Assembly (NCBI GenBank): GCA_051294375.1
Contig: CM119266.1
Span: forward strand, 15,214,991-15,278,726
Source of the DNA: Paraspadella gotoi
Lineage: Eukaryota > Animalia > Chaetognatha
DNA: 63,736 nucleotides
Reading direction: 5' to 3'
In this document: positions 43,589-56,683 of the stretch, one piece after another
How positions within the stretch are numbered: position 1 is the first letter of the stretch
Layout of the letters: each line of letters opens with the position of its first letter
Notes under the pieces: generated by a model
What the model was told of the DNA's origin: nothing
The model's database searches: none
The model's input: the letters and a program-made list of their open reading frames with translations, nothing else
Translations under genes and position numbers: made by a program

Positions 43589-43665
43589 CCCTTCTTTTTT
43601 ATCCCGCGGAATTTGCGGTAATGTCTGCCACGAAGCGGAAAGACGCGGCGAGGTGAGGAAGCGTC

Positions 43666-43738
43666 TTTGCCGGGCGACGGTTGCCAAGGCGACGGTTGCC
43701 GAGGCGTCGCTGGTGTCACAAAGTCTTTGCTTGGCAAC
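43666..43738. promoter_or_regulatory. Cluster of RFX X-box-like motifs
   Basis: GTTGCCAAGGCGAC 43680-43693 fits GTYRCYNNRGYRAC. Nearby are GTTGCCGAGGCGTC 43695-43708, TTTGCCGGGCGAC 43666-43678 and TTTGCTTGGCAAC 43726-43738. Confidence 0.4.
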
Positions 43739-44716
43739 CCGTCTCGCTAATTGAACGACACCCTCCTCTTGTTTCCCGCGCGTGGGAAGGTTTGTCACCT
43801 CATTTTCTCACCTGAATCTTTAACGCCCGCCTTTTTTTTTCTCTCTTTTTTTTCGATGAGAGATTTTTCGCGAAAAGAAAGAAAAAAATTTTCTTTTTTT
43901 TCTCACGAGCTCAACGTCTGCGTTTATCATTATTCATTAATTATTGTACATGGAATTTATTTCGAAGATGGGAAGATCGTCCTGAGATTCAATCAGTATC
44001 CACTTACTCCCAAGACCTTAAACCTTCCCTTCCCTCAACGACCCTCTCTCCTCCGAAGATGGGCTCTTCTCGCTTCCCCCCCCCCAAAATAGCCCCCCCC
44101 TGCTTTTTTTCATCGCCTCCGACGTTGCAATGTTTTCCTCCATTTGTCTTTCCATTCATCAAAACCATTTTCCATCTCATTGCCTCGATTTTCTTAATCG
44201 TTTTTCGTTAGCTTCCGGCCGCCATGGCGGGTTTTTCTCTCTCCTTCCCCAGCGCGCGCACGCTTTAGACTGACACGTTCGCACGCTCGCTGGAGTTCTT
44301 TTTTTTTTTTTGCGTGCGCAAGCTTGCTCCACGAGGGGAAGACGATCGTGGCAGAATTGTCTGTTTGGATGTAAGTGTAAAAAGAAAAGTGTAAAGTTAA
44401 AAGTCTAAAAATAAATAAATTTTTTGACAATTTCGCGCCATTAAATATAAGAGATATCAGGGTTTATTGGTTAAATCAAGAAAAAACTAACTGGAAAATC
44501 AGTGATCGAACCAAACGCCTCTATTTACTAACGAGTAACGATCGCATAATTTTTCTGGCGCGTTGGCACTACTTGACCCTCGACGACCGACGCGCCCTCT
44601 GAGACCATCGTCGATCGTTTAAGCCGAAGCGCCACGCCCACAAACTGTTTTGGAAACGGGGGGCGTCGAGAGCGGGACCCGCGACTGGAAGTTTTTCAAC
44701 GAATTCCTTTGAGGGA

Positions 44717-44752
<36 letters not shown>

Positions 44753-44777
44753 NNNNNNNNNNNNNNNNNNNNNNNNN

Positions 44778-46260
44778 TCTTCTCCTCTCTCTCTCTCTCT
44801 CTCTCTCATTCTTCTCTCTCTCTTCTCTCTCTCAAAACCAAATGAGATGCCTTCGTACGAGGCTTTGCAAAACATCTCCTTTCGTAATAGTCTTCTCTCC
44901 TTTTTTTTTTTAAAAAACTTTTCCGTTTTCTCTCCGATTTTTTTGTTTTGATTTCCTTTCCTCCCTTTTTTCTGGGGTCGCACTTCAAAACATAACGACA
45001 TTCCTTCGATTAAACTTTTTTTCTCCAACCATTCTGCTCGCCGAATTTTTTTTTTACCCTAACCCTGTCAAACCTTCACTTTCGCGCAATTTTTCTTTCT
45101 ACGAATTTTTTTGCCTCCTACTATTTTCCTCTTCATCATCCTTATTTCTTCATATTTATTTTCTTCTTTCCTTTCCTCAACCTTCCCCCATTTCGTCCTC
45201 CTCCCTTCGCCCAGAATTTCCCGCCGATCCTCCTTTCCCTCTTTTTCCCGCAAGCAGCGCGAACCTTATTACCATGGCCATCATTGTTCTTGATTGACAA
45301 CGACAAGAAGAAAAAGAAGAAGACAACGCCGGTGCGTTTCCCGAGACCGGTCGTCGTCGTCGTCGTCGTCCGTCGTCGTCGTCCGTCGTCGTCTCCCAAT
45401 GACGCTTATGACAAAAGTGATGGGTTTACGCACGCCGGGAGAATGCCGGTTTTTCTTTTTGTGTTCCAGACAATTGAGGGGAACGACTTTTCAGCAATGG
45501 CAAAATGATCGCTTTCATTATGGACGCGCTTTACCAGACACGGGGGTGAGTTAACAAATGTTTAAATTGGTGTGCCTTAACGGAGACGCGAAGCAGCGGC
45601 AAAAGACAATAATGGGGAAAAAAAAGGGAAAAAATAAAAGAAGTTTATGATTATTTTTCAAGTCTAATATGTAATTATGACAAGAACCTTAAAGAACAAT
45701 TCTACGCAGATAGGCTTCGCGCGAAAACGAAATTTAGAAATGTTTACATCCAATTTATTTTTTTTCCCTTCCAAAACGTTTCATGTTTACTCCGCTCTTG
45801 TTTCCACATTTTACCTCATTTCCCCCTCTTCCCACAACCGTCACTCCCTCGTTTTCGTCCCATCAGTTCTCATATTCGTTTTCCATTTCCTCGCTCCGTT
45901 TCCTCCTTCCATTCCCTTCGTTCGCCCTTATTTTTTTTTTCTGGGTCAAAAACCCTCCGGAACCCTCCAATTTTTTAAAGGGGGGGGGGCGAGTCGGGGG
46001 TATGAGGGGAGTGGAGGTAAGAGAGGGAGCGGGCGAAACGTGAGGCTCTAATTGCCACAAACTTGACGCTTCATTCGGAAAAATCACGGATTTATCATTC
46101 GCGAAAGACGGTAGATGGCGAGCCGTTGATTACCCGAGAATACGCCCTCTGGGGCCAAATCAGGCGACAAACAAAATCTCGACGGCCCGAGCAAAAAAGG
46201 GAAATAATGGAAAAAAAAAGACACGTATTTCCTTAAGGGAAAAGGGAGAGAGAGAGAGAG
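44778..46260 (-). repeat. Right arm of the ~1.4 kb inverted duplication
   Basis: Reverse complement of 39330-40700. Starts immediately after the 25-N gap 44753-44777. Confidence 0.94.
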
Positions 46261-49090
46261 GAGAAGGCGGGAAGACGAGGGGTTTGTGAACTGCATCCTT
46301 GTAAACAAACAAATTCGTCGACGGGGAATCCACGATTATCAACAAACCCAAGTTTGGCGGATCTTTTTCGTCGTCGTCGTCGTCGTCGTTATCACCATCG
46401 TCTTCTGATCATCCGCTTTATTTCTTTTGTGATAATGATGCAGCCAAACGAAATCGCTCCACGTTTCTTGTCTTGAGCGAAAAACCAAACTTACCTCTTG
46501 TTCCTTTTCCCTTTTAACTCAACCAGTCCATCGCCTANNNNNNNNNNNNNNNNNNNNNNNNNNNNNNNNNNNNNNNNNNNNNNNNNNNNNNNNNNNNNNN
46601 NNNNNNNNNNNNNNNNNNNNNNNNNNNNNNNNNNNNNNNNNNNNNNNNNNNNNNNNNNNNNNNNNNNNNNNNNNNNNNNNNNNNNNNNNNNNNNNNNNNN
46701 NNNNNNNNNNNNNNNNNNNNNNNNNNNNNNNNNNNNNNNNNNNNNNNNNNNNNNNNNNNNNNNNNNNNNNNNNNNNNNNNNNNNNNNNNNNNNNNNNNNN
46801 NNNNNNNNNNNNNNNNNNNNNNNNNNNNNNNNNNNNNNNNNNNNNNNNNNNNNNNNNNNNNNNNNNNNNNNNNNNNNNNNNNNNNNNNNNNNNNNNNNNN
46901 NNNNNNNNNNNNNNNNNNNNNNNNNNNNNNNNNNNNNNNNNNNNNNNNNNNNNNNNNNNNNNNNNNNNNNNNNNNNNNNNNNNNNNNNNNNNNNNNNNNN
47001 NNNNNNNNNNNNNNNNNNNNNNNNNNNNNNNNNNNNNNNNNNNNNNNNNNNNNNNNNNNNNNNNNNNNNNNNNNNNNNNNNNNNNNNNNNNNNNNNNNNN
47101 NNNNNNNNNNNNNNNNNNNNNNNNNNNNNNNNNNNNNNNNNNNNNNNNNNNNNNNNNNNNNNNNNNNNNNNNNNNNNNNNNNNNNNNNNNNNNNNNNNNN
47201 NNNNNNNNNNNNNNNNNNNNNNNNNNNNNNNNNNNNNNNNNNNNNNNNNNNNNNNNNNNNNNNNNNNNNNNNNNNNNNNNNNNNNNNNNNNNNNNNNNNN
47301 NNNNNNNNNNNNNNNNNNNNNNNNNNNNNNNNNNNNNNNNNNNNNNNNNNNNNNNNNNNNNNNNNNNNNNNNNNNNNNNNNNNNNNNNNNNNNNNNNNNN
47401 NNNNNNNNNNNNNNNNNNNNNNNNNNNNNNNNNNNNNNNNNNNNNNNNNNNNNNNNNNNNNNNNNNNNNNNNNNNNNNNNNNNNNNNNNNNNNNNNNNNN
47501 NNNNNNTCTCTTGCTTTTTCTCATGCTTTCTCTCACTCTTCTACGTAATTGGCGCTTCTTCTTTCAAAGACACACCACAAACCCTCACAGCGCGCCTCCT
47601 CGATCTGCCGACATTTCCATCGTTTTTGCGCTCTCAAGCGGCGCTTTTCCCTTCGGCTTTACGCCCTCTCTGGCCCCGAGGCTGACCCGAGGAGGTCATT
47701 CACCGATACTTTTTTNNNNNNNNNNNNNNNNNNNNNNNNNNNNNNNNNNNNNNNNNNNNNNNNNNNNNNNNNNNNNNNNNNNNNNNNNNNNNNNNNNNNN
47801 NNNNNNNNNNNNNNNNNNNNNNNNNNNNNNNNNNNNNNNNNNNNNNNNNNNNNNNNNNNNNNNNNNNNNNNNNNNNNNNNNNNNNNNNNNNNNNNNNNNN
47901 NNNNNNNNNNNNNNNNNNNNNNNNNCCCGCTCGGCTCTGTCGGCCACGTCGGCGTCCACTGACCCTCTCACGGCCTTCTCGCCCCGAGTCAAGCCCTCAC
48001 GCCCTTCCGCCCTCTTGGCGCCCTCGAGGGGCGAAAGGGACTCAATATTATTTATCCATCGTAACCCCTGGGGCGATGAAAAAGGGCGAGATTCGGGAGA
48101 GAGAGCGCGCGAGTCAAAATTTCGTGGATAATCGAACTGTCGCTGTGTGGGTATTTCGATTGCCAATTAATTTTAATTACATAACATTGACTTGACCTTG
48201 AGAGTTATTATGTTCGATCTCCTTTTAGATCCCCCCCCCCGCTTCTTCGATTCTTCCCTGATTGCCCCAGTTTGTTTTTTGTTTTTTTAAAACTATTAAC
48301 TTTTAATATTCAACCGAAACCTCGGAATCGTATTTTTCTTCCGCGCCAAAAAGCGTTAATCCACCTTCTTTCGCTACTCAAAAACTTTTTTTTCAAAAGC
48401 GTCGACACTGGCGTGAGAGAAAAAATAGAGCTCGCTCCCCAAAAAATCGTAAATAAACAAAAAAAAGGGTCAGATTTTTTGGCATTTTTTTTCTTTCTCG
48501 ACGCGCGCTAGGATTTGCCTCTTGTAAAAGCATCAAGTGTTTTCCTATTTCTTTTTTTTTTTTCTTTATATTTCTCGGATTCGTTATTCGCCGAAAAAAG
48601 CCCCATAAATCAAAGCCAATCCGATATATGCGGGTATAGAATTTGGCCAAATATAAAAAAAAGAATCTTTCACACTCGCAGAGTCGCAAACACTTTTTAG
48701 CTTTTTCCCATTTTGCTTCGCCACCCTCTCCGTTTCCGGTCCCCCTTCTCCCTCTTTTTTATATTTCTCGATGGAATGCGTAAGTGGTGAATGGGAAATC
48801 TTTTTAAAGCCGCCAGCGTCGCCACGGCGTTGGTCGAAAAGCGGGGCCGCCGCCGCCGCCGCCGCCGCCGCTGCCGACGACAAAAATGGCCGACCATCGC
48901 TAAGCTCGAATAAGGGCGAAAGAGAGAGGGAGTGTGGCGGCGTCGGTCGCTGGCGAGGCGGCGCCGACTTTGAGCGCCGCCAGTCGGCGTGACCATTTCC
49001 TGAGCGGAATGAAAAGGACGCCGAGTTGTTTATGTGACGCCCAGAAGCGAAGGTGAGGTTTTAAGTGGAAAGGGTTACGATGTCGCGTTT

Positions 49091-49096
<6 letters not shown>

Positions 49097-49178
<82 letters not shown>
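49097..49178 (+). repeat. Pure (GA)n microsatellite, ~41 units
   Basis: Uninterrupted run. Confidence 0.97.
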
Positions 49179-49180
<2 letters not shown>

Positions 49181-49528
49181 CTGAAAATTACATTTTAGGC
49201 ACGGAAATCCAGCGGTTTTAATTTAAATTTAATTTAAATTTAATCAATTTCAACAAATTTTTGTCATTTCTGAAATATCAACTGTACTTTGCATGTATAG
49301 AAGCCTTCTAGCATTTACTTAATAATCTATTTAATTCGCATACTTATCATCAACAGCCAAGATGCCTCATCTTCCCAACGCTGTTCATTCTAAAACTATC
49401 GGTCAATTGAAACTCCTTGCAGCTCATACCCCCCTCCCACCCGCTACGCCACAGCTACACTAAAGCGATGCCCGTCGCGTCCTCCATTATCCGCGCGATG
49501 GGAGACTCAAAAGAGGAAATTGTAGAGG

Positions 49529-49546
49529 ACCGGAAGTGGGCGTGGC
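49529..49546 (+). promoter_or_regulatory. ETS site abutting an Sp/KLF GC-box
   Basis: ACCGGAAGTG overlaps GGGCGTGGC by one base. Confidence 0.4.
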
Positions 49547-50565
49547 TAATATAGGTTGGATGCAAAATTAAAAATTACTGCCACTTTTCATTTTACTTTA
49601 GGTCGGTCGATGATTAAAGGTTTTTGGCTGAAAGTGGCCCAGTGTCTGTCTCATAATCCAGTATATTAAACTAAATCCATTTTAATTTAATAAATTACAA
49701 ATTCGAGCATCAATTATAATCAACTTTAAACAGTTTTTTGTACCCAAGATAGAATCCAATTTATTGTCCTCGTTCCCTTCACCGCGAACGCTTTCCCAAA
49801 GTGTCATCGACTCCCGCGCTTGCGCAGGCGGGTCTCGCTCGTGGCTTGACCCACATCCGGGTCCCGCGCGAGAGAATTCGCTTTTATAAATTTCTCGGCG
49901 ACGTTGATCTTGTTAAGGGAATGAGAAATCGGAGGGAAATGACTAAGGGTCGCGGGGTCATTGCGGAGAAGACGCGTAAAAGGGAGGGGGGAGCTGGAGG
50001 GAGAAGAGAATGTCACTCTTCATTGACGGAGGAACAAAGACCTTTGGAGATGAAATACGCTTTTCCTTCTCAACTAAAATGAAAAAAGTTTAACAGAAAT
50101 ATCAATACGGCACTTTGTCTAAAAAGTAAAACAAAAGCAAGTAAATATCTAACGGTTATCGCTCCGATAACTCCAAAATCCAAGGCGTCATTTCCGCCGC
50201 GGCGCCATTAGCGCCACCCGTCACCGAACAGCGCCCATCGACTCCACGCGTTTTTTTCATTTGGTGGCGCGAAGAAGGCGACGCCGATTTTTTGGTGGCG
50301 CGCGCTCGGAGGCATGTTCGTGCCACTTCCTGTCGCCGCGGCGGATGGCGGGAGACGGCGGCGAAACGCGATCCGAGATTAAAGGCGTCGCTTATGAAAA
50401 GTCCCTTCCAAAGAGACGTTGACCATTAGGAGAAAGAAAAAGGGAACGGAGAAATAGTTGTAGCGAGGGATGGCGATGTAGACGTTCAAATTAAACTACT
50501 AAGGCAACGGGTTTCTTTAGCTTTTTTGCCATAAGCCACTGCTATCTTTATCAATTCCCAACACA

Positions 50566-50609
50566 ATGTAACCCATATGTAACCCATATGTAACCCATAT
50601 GTAACCCAT
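50566..50609 (+). repeat. 11-bp tandem repeat (ATGTAACCCAT) x4
   Basis: Four perfect units followed by a partial ataacc. Confidence 0.95.
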
Positions 50610-51198
50610 ATAACCTTAATCGTCGGATTACACAACCTCCATTACATGTTTTTCACCGTATCTTGTTCGAACGGTAAAAAAAAAAGTCCATTCGCCGGCG
50701 TCGTCTACGTCGTCGTCGGCGTCGGCGTCGTCGTCGGCGGCGCCCATCGACTTTAAGCGGGATTCATCGGCGCTGACGCCATCATCGTATCTTTCGATCA
50801 TCGGCTCTCGCCTAATGACGAACTCTCCCCTTAAAGCCTTCGCTCTTTCTTTCGCTTTCTTTTTTCGTTCCCCTTATTTCCTTCGCGGCGCGTCGATTTA
50901 TTTTCTTCTTTTCTTTTTTTTTTCGTAGTTTTCATCCTCTCTCATCTCTCCTCCTCTGTCCTCTCCTCTCTCTTCTCTGCTCATCTCTTCATCTCCTCTC
51001 TCCTCCCTCTCTTCTTCTCTCTTCTCTCTCTCTCTTTCTCGTCCTCTTCTCTTTTCTCATTCTTGTTTATGACCAGACAGGGGAGATCACAAAAGATGGT
51101 CAATGAGTGACTAAGGGAATCAAGAACTAAAGCCGTGAATCTCGAGAGGCCGCGACGCTGAAACAGACGCACAGAAGTCATTTCAAGCGACCAACGAT

Positions 51199-51264
<66 letters not shown>

Positions 51265-51549
51265 CAGAGAGAAGAGAGAGAGAGAAGAGATAGACTATCT
51301 GAGACAACTGAGCCGGGGGCGTTTTGGGGTTTGATAACAAGAATTTCCCTTATTACATAAAGGCGGCATTTTTTTTTTGCTTTATCCGATCGCAAAGGAA
51401 GTCAAAAAGAAATGAGAGAAGACAATGAAAGCCGACTCTCTCTCTCTCTTCTCATCTTCTCATCTCATCTCCCTCGACCCTTTGACCTCGTCGGCTGCCA
51501 TGACCGCCCCCATCCGATCCCCCCGCGTCCAACCTCTCCCTCTCACCCG

Positions 51550-52380
51550 CGCTGCCTCACCCGCTGAGACTTACCCGCATCCTTCCGGCTGCGGACTCCA
51601 GACGAACTGAACTCTCCTCAACCTTCGACGCAGACGTCGATGAACATTAGGATTTTTTTTGTCTTTGCCTGTTAAAAAAAAAATTGTTATTTTATGTTAA
51701 ATTATCTAGTTAAATTATCTTTTTCGGATTTTTTCGCAGTTGTATTCTTTTGGATTCGCATCAATCTCTGACTGTCTCTAGCTCTTTTCTCTCTCTTTTA
51801 AACAAACTAGATTTCAAAGAAATCAAGGGAAAGAAAGACTCGTATGCTGCGTCGTGGAGTCCTAATTTTCTGGGCGAATGTAACAAAGAAATAACGAAAG
51901 AATAGTTGATCGATTGAGTCGGGAANNNNNNNNNNNNNNNNNNNNNNNNNCAGGCGCTGACTCACCGCTGAGTGACTTTTTTATTCACACGGCATCCTTC
52001 CGGGCTCGCGGACTCCAGACGACTGAAACTCTTCCTCAACCCTTCGACGCCAGACCGTCCGATGAACATTAGGATTTTTTTTATTTTCTGTCTTTGTCTG
52101 TTAAAAAAAAATTGTTATTTTATGTTAAAATTATCTAGTTAAATTATCTTTTTCGAAGAATGTTTTTCGCAGTTTATCTTTTTTGGATTCGCATCAATCT
52201 CTGACTGTCGTCCAGCTCTTTTCGTCCTCTCTTTTTAAAACAAACTAGGATTTTTTCAAAGAAGATCAAGGGAAAGAATGACTCGTTCATGCTGCGGTCG
52301 TTGGACGCACTATTCCTTTCTGGCGCAATGTAAACGAAAAAGAAATAACGAAGAATAGTTGATCGATTTGAGTCGGGGAA
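51550..52380 (+). repeat. ~0.4 kb tandem duplication flanking the 25-N gap 51926-51950 (51550-51925 vs 51954-52380)
   Basis: Both copies run gcggactccagacga...gatgaacattaggattttt...gaatagttgatcgatt..gagtcgggaa. The second copy is insertion-rich. Confidence 0.95.
51575..51668 (-). other. Candidate exon on the minus strand (coding status unclear)
   Basis: Acceptor T-run-aacAG is present in both duplicate copies. Donor CGG|GTAAGT is clean only in the first copy. One frame is open (KDKKNPNVHRRLRRRLRRVQFVWSPQPEGC). Confidence 0.25.
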
Positions 52381-53405
52381 AGTTTCGACGTAGAACTGAA
52401 CCCCTCGATATGATTGATCGGTTTGTGCGGCGGAATAATGAAATCCCCTCAGTGTTACTTGTCTGCCCAGTTTGGCTATGACCTTTTTTTAACTGCCTGA
52501 TTCTCTCTCTCTCCGTCCTCTCTCTCTCATCTCTTCTCCTCCCCCTCTTCTCTCTCATCTCGTCTCTTCATCTCCTACTTTTCCTCTTCTCTCTCTCTCT
52601 CTCTCTCTGCTCTCTCTTCCTCTCTTGCTCACACATCCACTCTCTTTATCTTACCGTGGCTGAAAAAAATTTATTTCCTCTCGATATTTTGTGTTAGCTG
52701 CTTTGGAAGTTGCTTCTCCAAAGAGACGAGTCTCTCTTTTAGGGCGTTTTTCTCGTTCATTTTTCAGCCTTTCCATATTCTATCTATCTTCCTTCATCTC
52801 CGACAGTCTCATCTCTCTCTCTTTCTCGCTCCCCGTCAACACCTCCTTCTCAACACACTTATCTATCTCTCCCTATGTTTACGACAACTTATTTCGCCTC
52901 TTCGCGCCCCGGCAGATGCTCTTTTGTCTCTCTCCCGCTCCCCCCCTCCCGGATGTAATCAATACAGGGCAAGCGCCTCTGGCGGCGTTCGTCCGACGAG
53001 TCTCGGGTAAAAAATTCACGGCTCTTAAGCACCTCGAAAATGAAAAATTCAATCTTCGGCGCGGAGAAGGAGAGAAATTGACGGCGAAGAGAGAGAGCGA
53101 TGAGACTGAGGAGACGATTAGAGAGCGGGAGAGGACGAGAGACGAGACCGCGGCAAGCGGAGTCTGGCCGATGGGGCAGATAGCTTGTTGTACGAGGAGC
53201 AGAAGTAGGAGAGAGAGATGGAGAAAGTTCAAAGTTCAATTGCTGAGAAAAAAATAGAAAAAAATAGGTGAGCGCGGGAAAAGAATATACATTATAATAC
53301 AATTAAAAAATCTAAAAAAGTTTAAATAAAAAGCTCGCGACGTTTAAAATCTTTATAACCGGTAGGGGAAAATAAGAAAATATATTCTGCGGGCTTTCCT
53401 CTTTC

Positions 53406-53440
53406 CAAGATGGCGCTGGCCTCCGACACGACCGGAAGTG
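53406..53440 (+). promoter_or_regulatory. YY1 + ETS motif pair, promoter-like
   Basis: CAAGATGGCG 53406-53415 and ACCGGAAGTG 53431-53440, in a GC patch within AT-rich flanks. Confidence 0.45.
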
Positions 53441-54362
53441 AATTAAGAGCGGCGTAGTTCTGCGTTGCTTTTTTTTTTTTCTTGTTGCCCCGGAATAATT
53501 TGACCGCTACCCCACTCGCACGAGTAAAGGTTTACGACTAGGATGGGACTGCGGAGGAATATAACTTAACGGTATTATTGCTCTTTTAGTCTTTGTTGTT
53601 CTTTGTTGTATGCGAGCTTGGTCAACTCTTCGTGAAATTCCCTTTCGCACGGTATCAAATTTATAAATGATTTCTTTTGTTCAGTTGATTCTCTTACATA
53701 CGTTTCAACACGTGTCCGAATATATAAACGAAAAAAATTAAATTAGGGTAACTACTAAAGAAAAGTTCGGAATTAGAGGAGGAAATTAGGGTAATCAGAT
53801 TTAAACGAAACTCGAAATGTTGAATTTTTTTAAAGAGAGATTCTCGCCTTAGAGAGTGAATTTTAAGCTTATTTTGGCTTCAAATTTTAAACAAAAGTTG
53901 GATCTTGATTATTTTAATTCCAAGGAAAAATAAAATTCTGGAAAAATATCAGACTAAAATTTGACCGACCAGAAAAAAATGTTTCGATCATCAAAGCGCC
54001 GCCGTCGCCGCGCGGCGCCTAAAAAAAAAACCAGAAAAAAATCGGATCTACGACGCCATCTTGTTTTTTCCTCTTTTTTTTCTTTCTCTCGAGAAGATTC
54101 TTAAGAAGGAAAAATTTAAGTCGCTTCCTCCCTTTTCTTCTCTCATCTCAATTTAAAAGTTCTAAAAGCCAATTTTGAAAGACGTTGCACTCGATTTTCG
54201 TCGCCGTCGTCGTCGCTTTCGTCGTCGCCTACTCAATCTTCTCTCCCTTCCATTATTATAGACTTGATGCAGAATAAATGTAATATGATAAATTATTTAT
54301 AATATTCCACTTCCGATCCTTTTCTCGAGCACACACACGCGCGTGGCAAAAACACACAAGAG

Positions 54363-54450
<88 letters not shown>

Positions 54451-55041
54451 AATAGAAACTCGATTCTTCTACGCCCAAAAAGTAAGAAAAATCAAGTTTT
54501 TACGCATTCGTTTTCTACTTTATCTTTCTTCCCAAAATTATTTATTTCTACTCTTTTTTTTATTTCCTACAAATCCACACGAAACTATTTTCCTATTTTT
54601 TTTTTCCTTCCCTAGAAACGGAGGAAGATCTTCAAACGAGAGAAAACATAAAAGGATGAGGAGGAAAAGGGGGGAAAAAGAAGAGGAAAAAGAATAAAGG
54701 GAGGAAAGGAGAGGCAGGGGAGGGAGGAAAAAGAAAGGAAAGGAGCGAAAGGAGGAGAACAGGAGGAAAATTTAAATTCAAATTCGCCCACAGAAAATGA
54801 TTGCACACACGACTTCTTTTCCATTCAAGATTTCGACTAAAAGTCATTAAAATTTCATTTTGGAATTTGTTTTCTCCCGCTAATGACGCCAGCGCCGGNN
54901 NNNNNNNNNNNNNNNNNNNNNNNNNNNNNNNNNNNNNNNNNNNNNNNNNNNNNNNNNNNNNNNNNNNNNNNNNNNNNNNNNNNNNNNNNNNNNNNNNNNN
55001 NNNNNNNNNNNNNNNNNNNNNNNNNNCTCTCTCTCTCTCTC

Positions 55042-55092
<51 letters not shown>

Positions 55093-56648
55093 AAACCCCA
55101 CAGCCCACATTCCCACCTCAGAGAAATTCTCATTTCTCTTCCCCCGTAATCCTACCTATGAATTTACGGCTGTTTACATCCGCCAAAAGGCCCAACAACC
55201 GGCGTTTTATTTTTTCGCCGATATTTATTATTCGAAACTCACTTTTTTTTAACAATTTATATATAGTTATTTGATACTCTTCCTCCTCCTCTCTCACCCC
55301 CCCCCGCTGTCTGTTCCGCTTTCTGCAAATGGCTAATTGCCATCACTGCTTAGTAGGAACGAAGGATAATGATGGCATCTCAGCGGCGCAGACACGAACG
55401 TATTGGCTATTCTTTCTTTTGTTTTTTTCTCTCATCCGGAAAAAAAAAGAAAAGATTTTTGAGACTGGCGTAACTGCTATCGATGAATCTCGGCGTCTCT
55501 TTCTTTCAGAAACGATCACATTGGATTTTTTTTTTTTTTGGAAAAATTATTGTACGTTAGGTTCTGGAAGAAATTTACGGAATAATAGGAAATTTCGAAC
55601 TCAAATGACCCAAACGAAATTTGCTAAATAATCTTACAGAAAAAAATTCAATCTAATAGTTTAGACTTAAAATATTTACTAAGTAAACAAAATTAGTTCA
55701 GATGAATTAAAAGCGATAAACAATTTCGTCTGTGCTTACCTAATTCCGACAAATACATTTTCTCTAACTTATAATTGCCATTATTTTACACAACAATCTC
55801 GCCATCTTCCCTAACTTCTTTCTCACTGTCCCTTTTCCCCTTCTTTCTTTCCTTTTTTCTCAACTTCGTTTCCTCTACAACTTCTTTTGTTTCCGAAGCA
55901 GAGAAAAAAACTCGCGAAAAAACGTTTTTTTCGCTACGATGTACGCAATTTTTAGTTTTTTTTTTTTTTTTTCTCTTGCGACAAAATTGAATCAAATGAA
56001 TTGGATTCCTACCTAATTTTTTTGCCACTTTTCTTCTCTCTCTCTCTCTCTCGTCTCTTCTCTCTCTCTCTCTCACTCTCTCTCTTGCTCTCTTCTCTCT
56101 CTCTCCATTTCCTTTCTTTTCTCTCTTTCTCTCTATTTTTGACTAATATATTAGTTACATAATGGGAGTCGGTTGTCGCAGATTTATTCTCAGAGACGTC
56201 GAAGCTTGTTACCGGAAGTCGTGGCCGCGAGGTCGCGGTCACAGCGGCGGCCACTCAAAACCCCGCGCCTGCCCGGTTACGCCAACGACCGAGAAGAGAG
56301 GGAGGATTTCAATATACGGAAGTTCGAATCTCGTTTGTGGCGCGATAGTTTTACTCGTTTTCATGCTCACCTGTCAAAAAAAAAAACTTGTTCCTCTTTT
56401 TCAACCCAAAGCCCGACTCCCATCTTCCTTTTGAGTTTTTTCTTCTCTCTCCTCCTCCCCCTCCTCCCCCCATTCCCTTCCTCCATCACCCTTGCCATCC
56501 CTCCTCCTCTTCCTCTTTCCTTCTCCCCTTTACTTTTTTTTGTACTCTGCCGCGTCGACAATTTGACTTTGGCATTTCGGTCTTCCTCTCTTGCATAGGT
56601 AATCGAGAGCTCGCGTTCTTTCCTCTTCCGTCACTATTTTTATCCACA

Positions 56649-56683
<35 letters not shown>

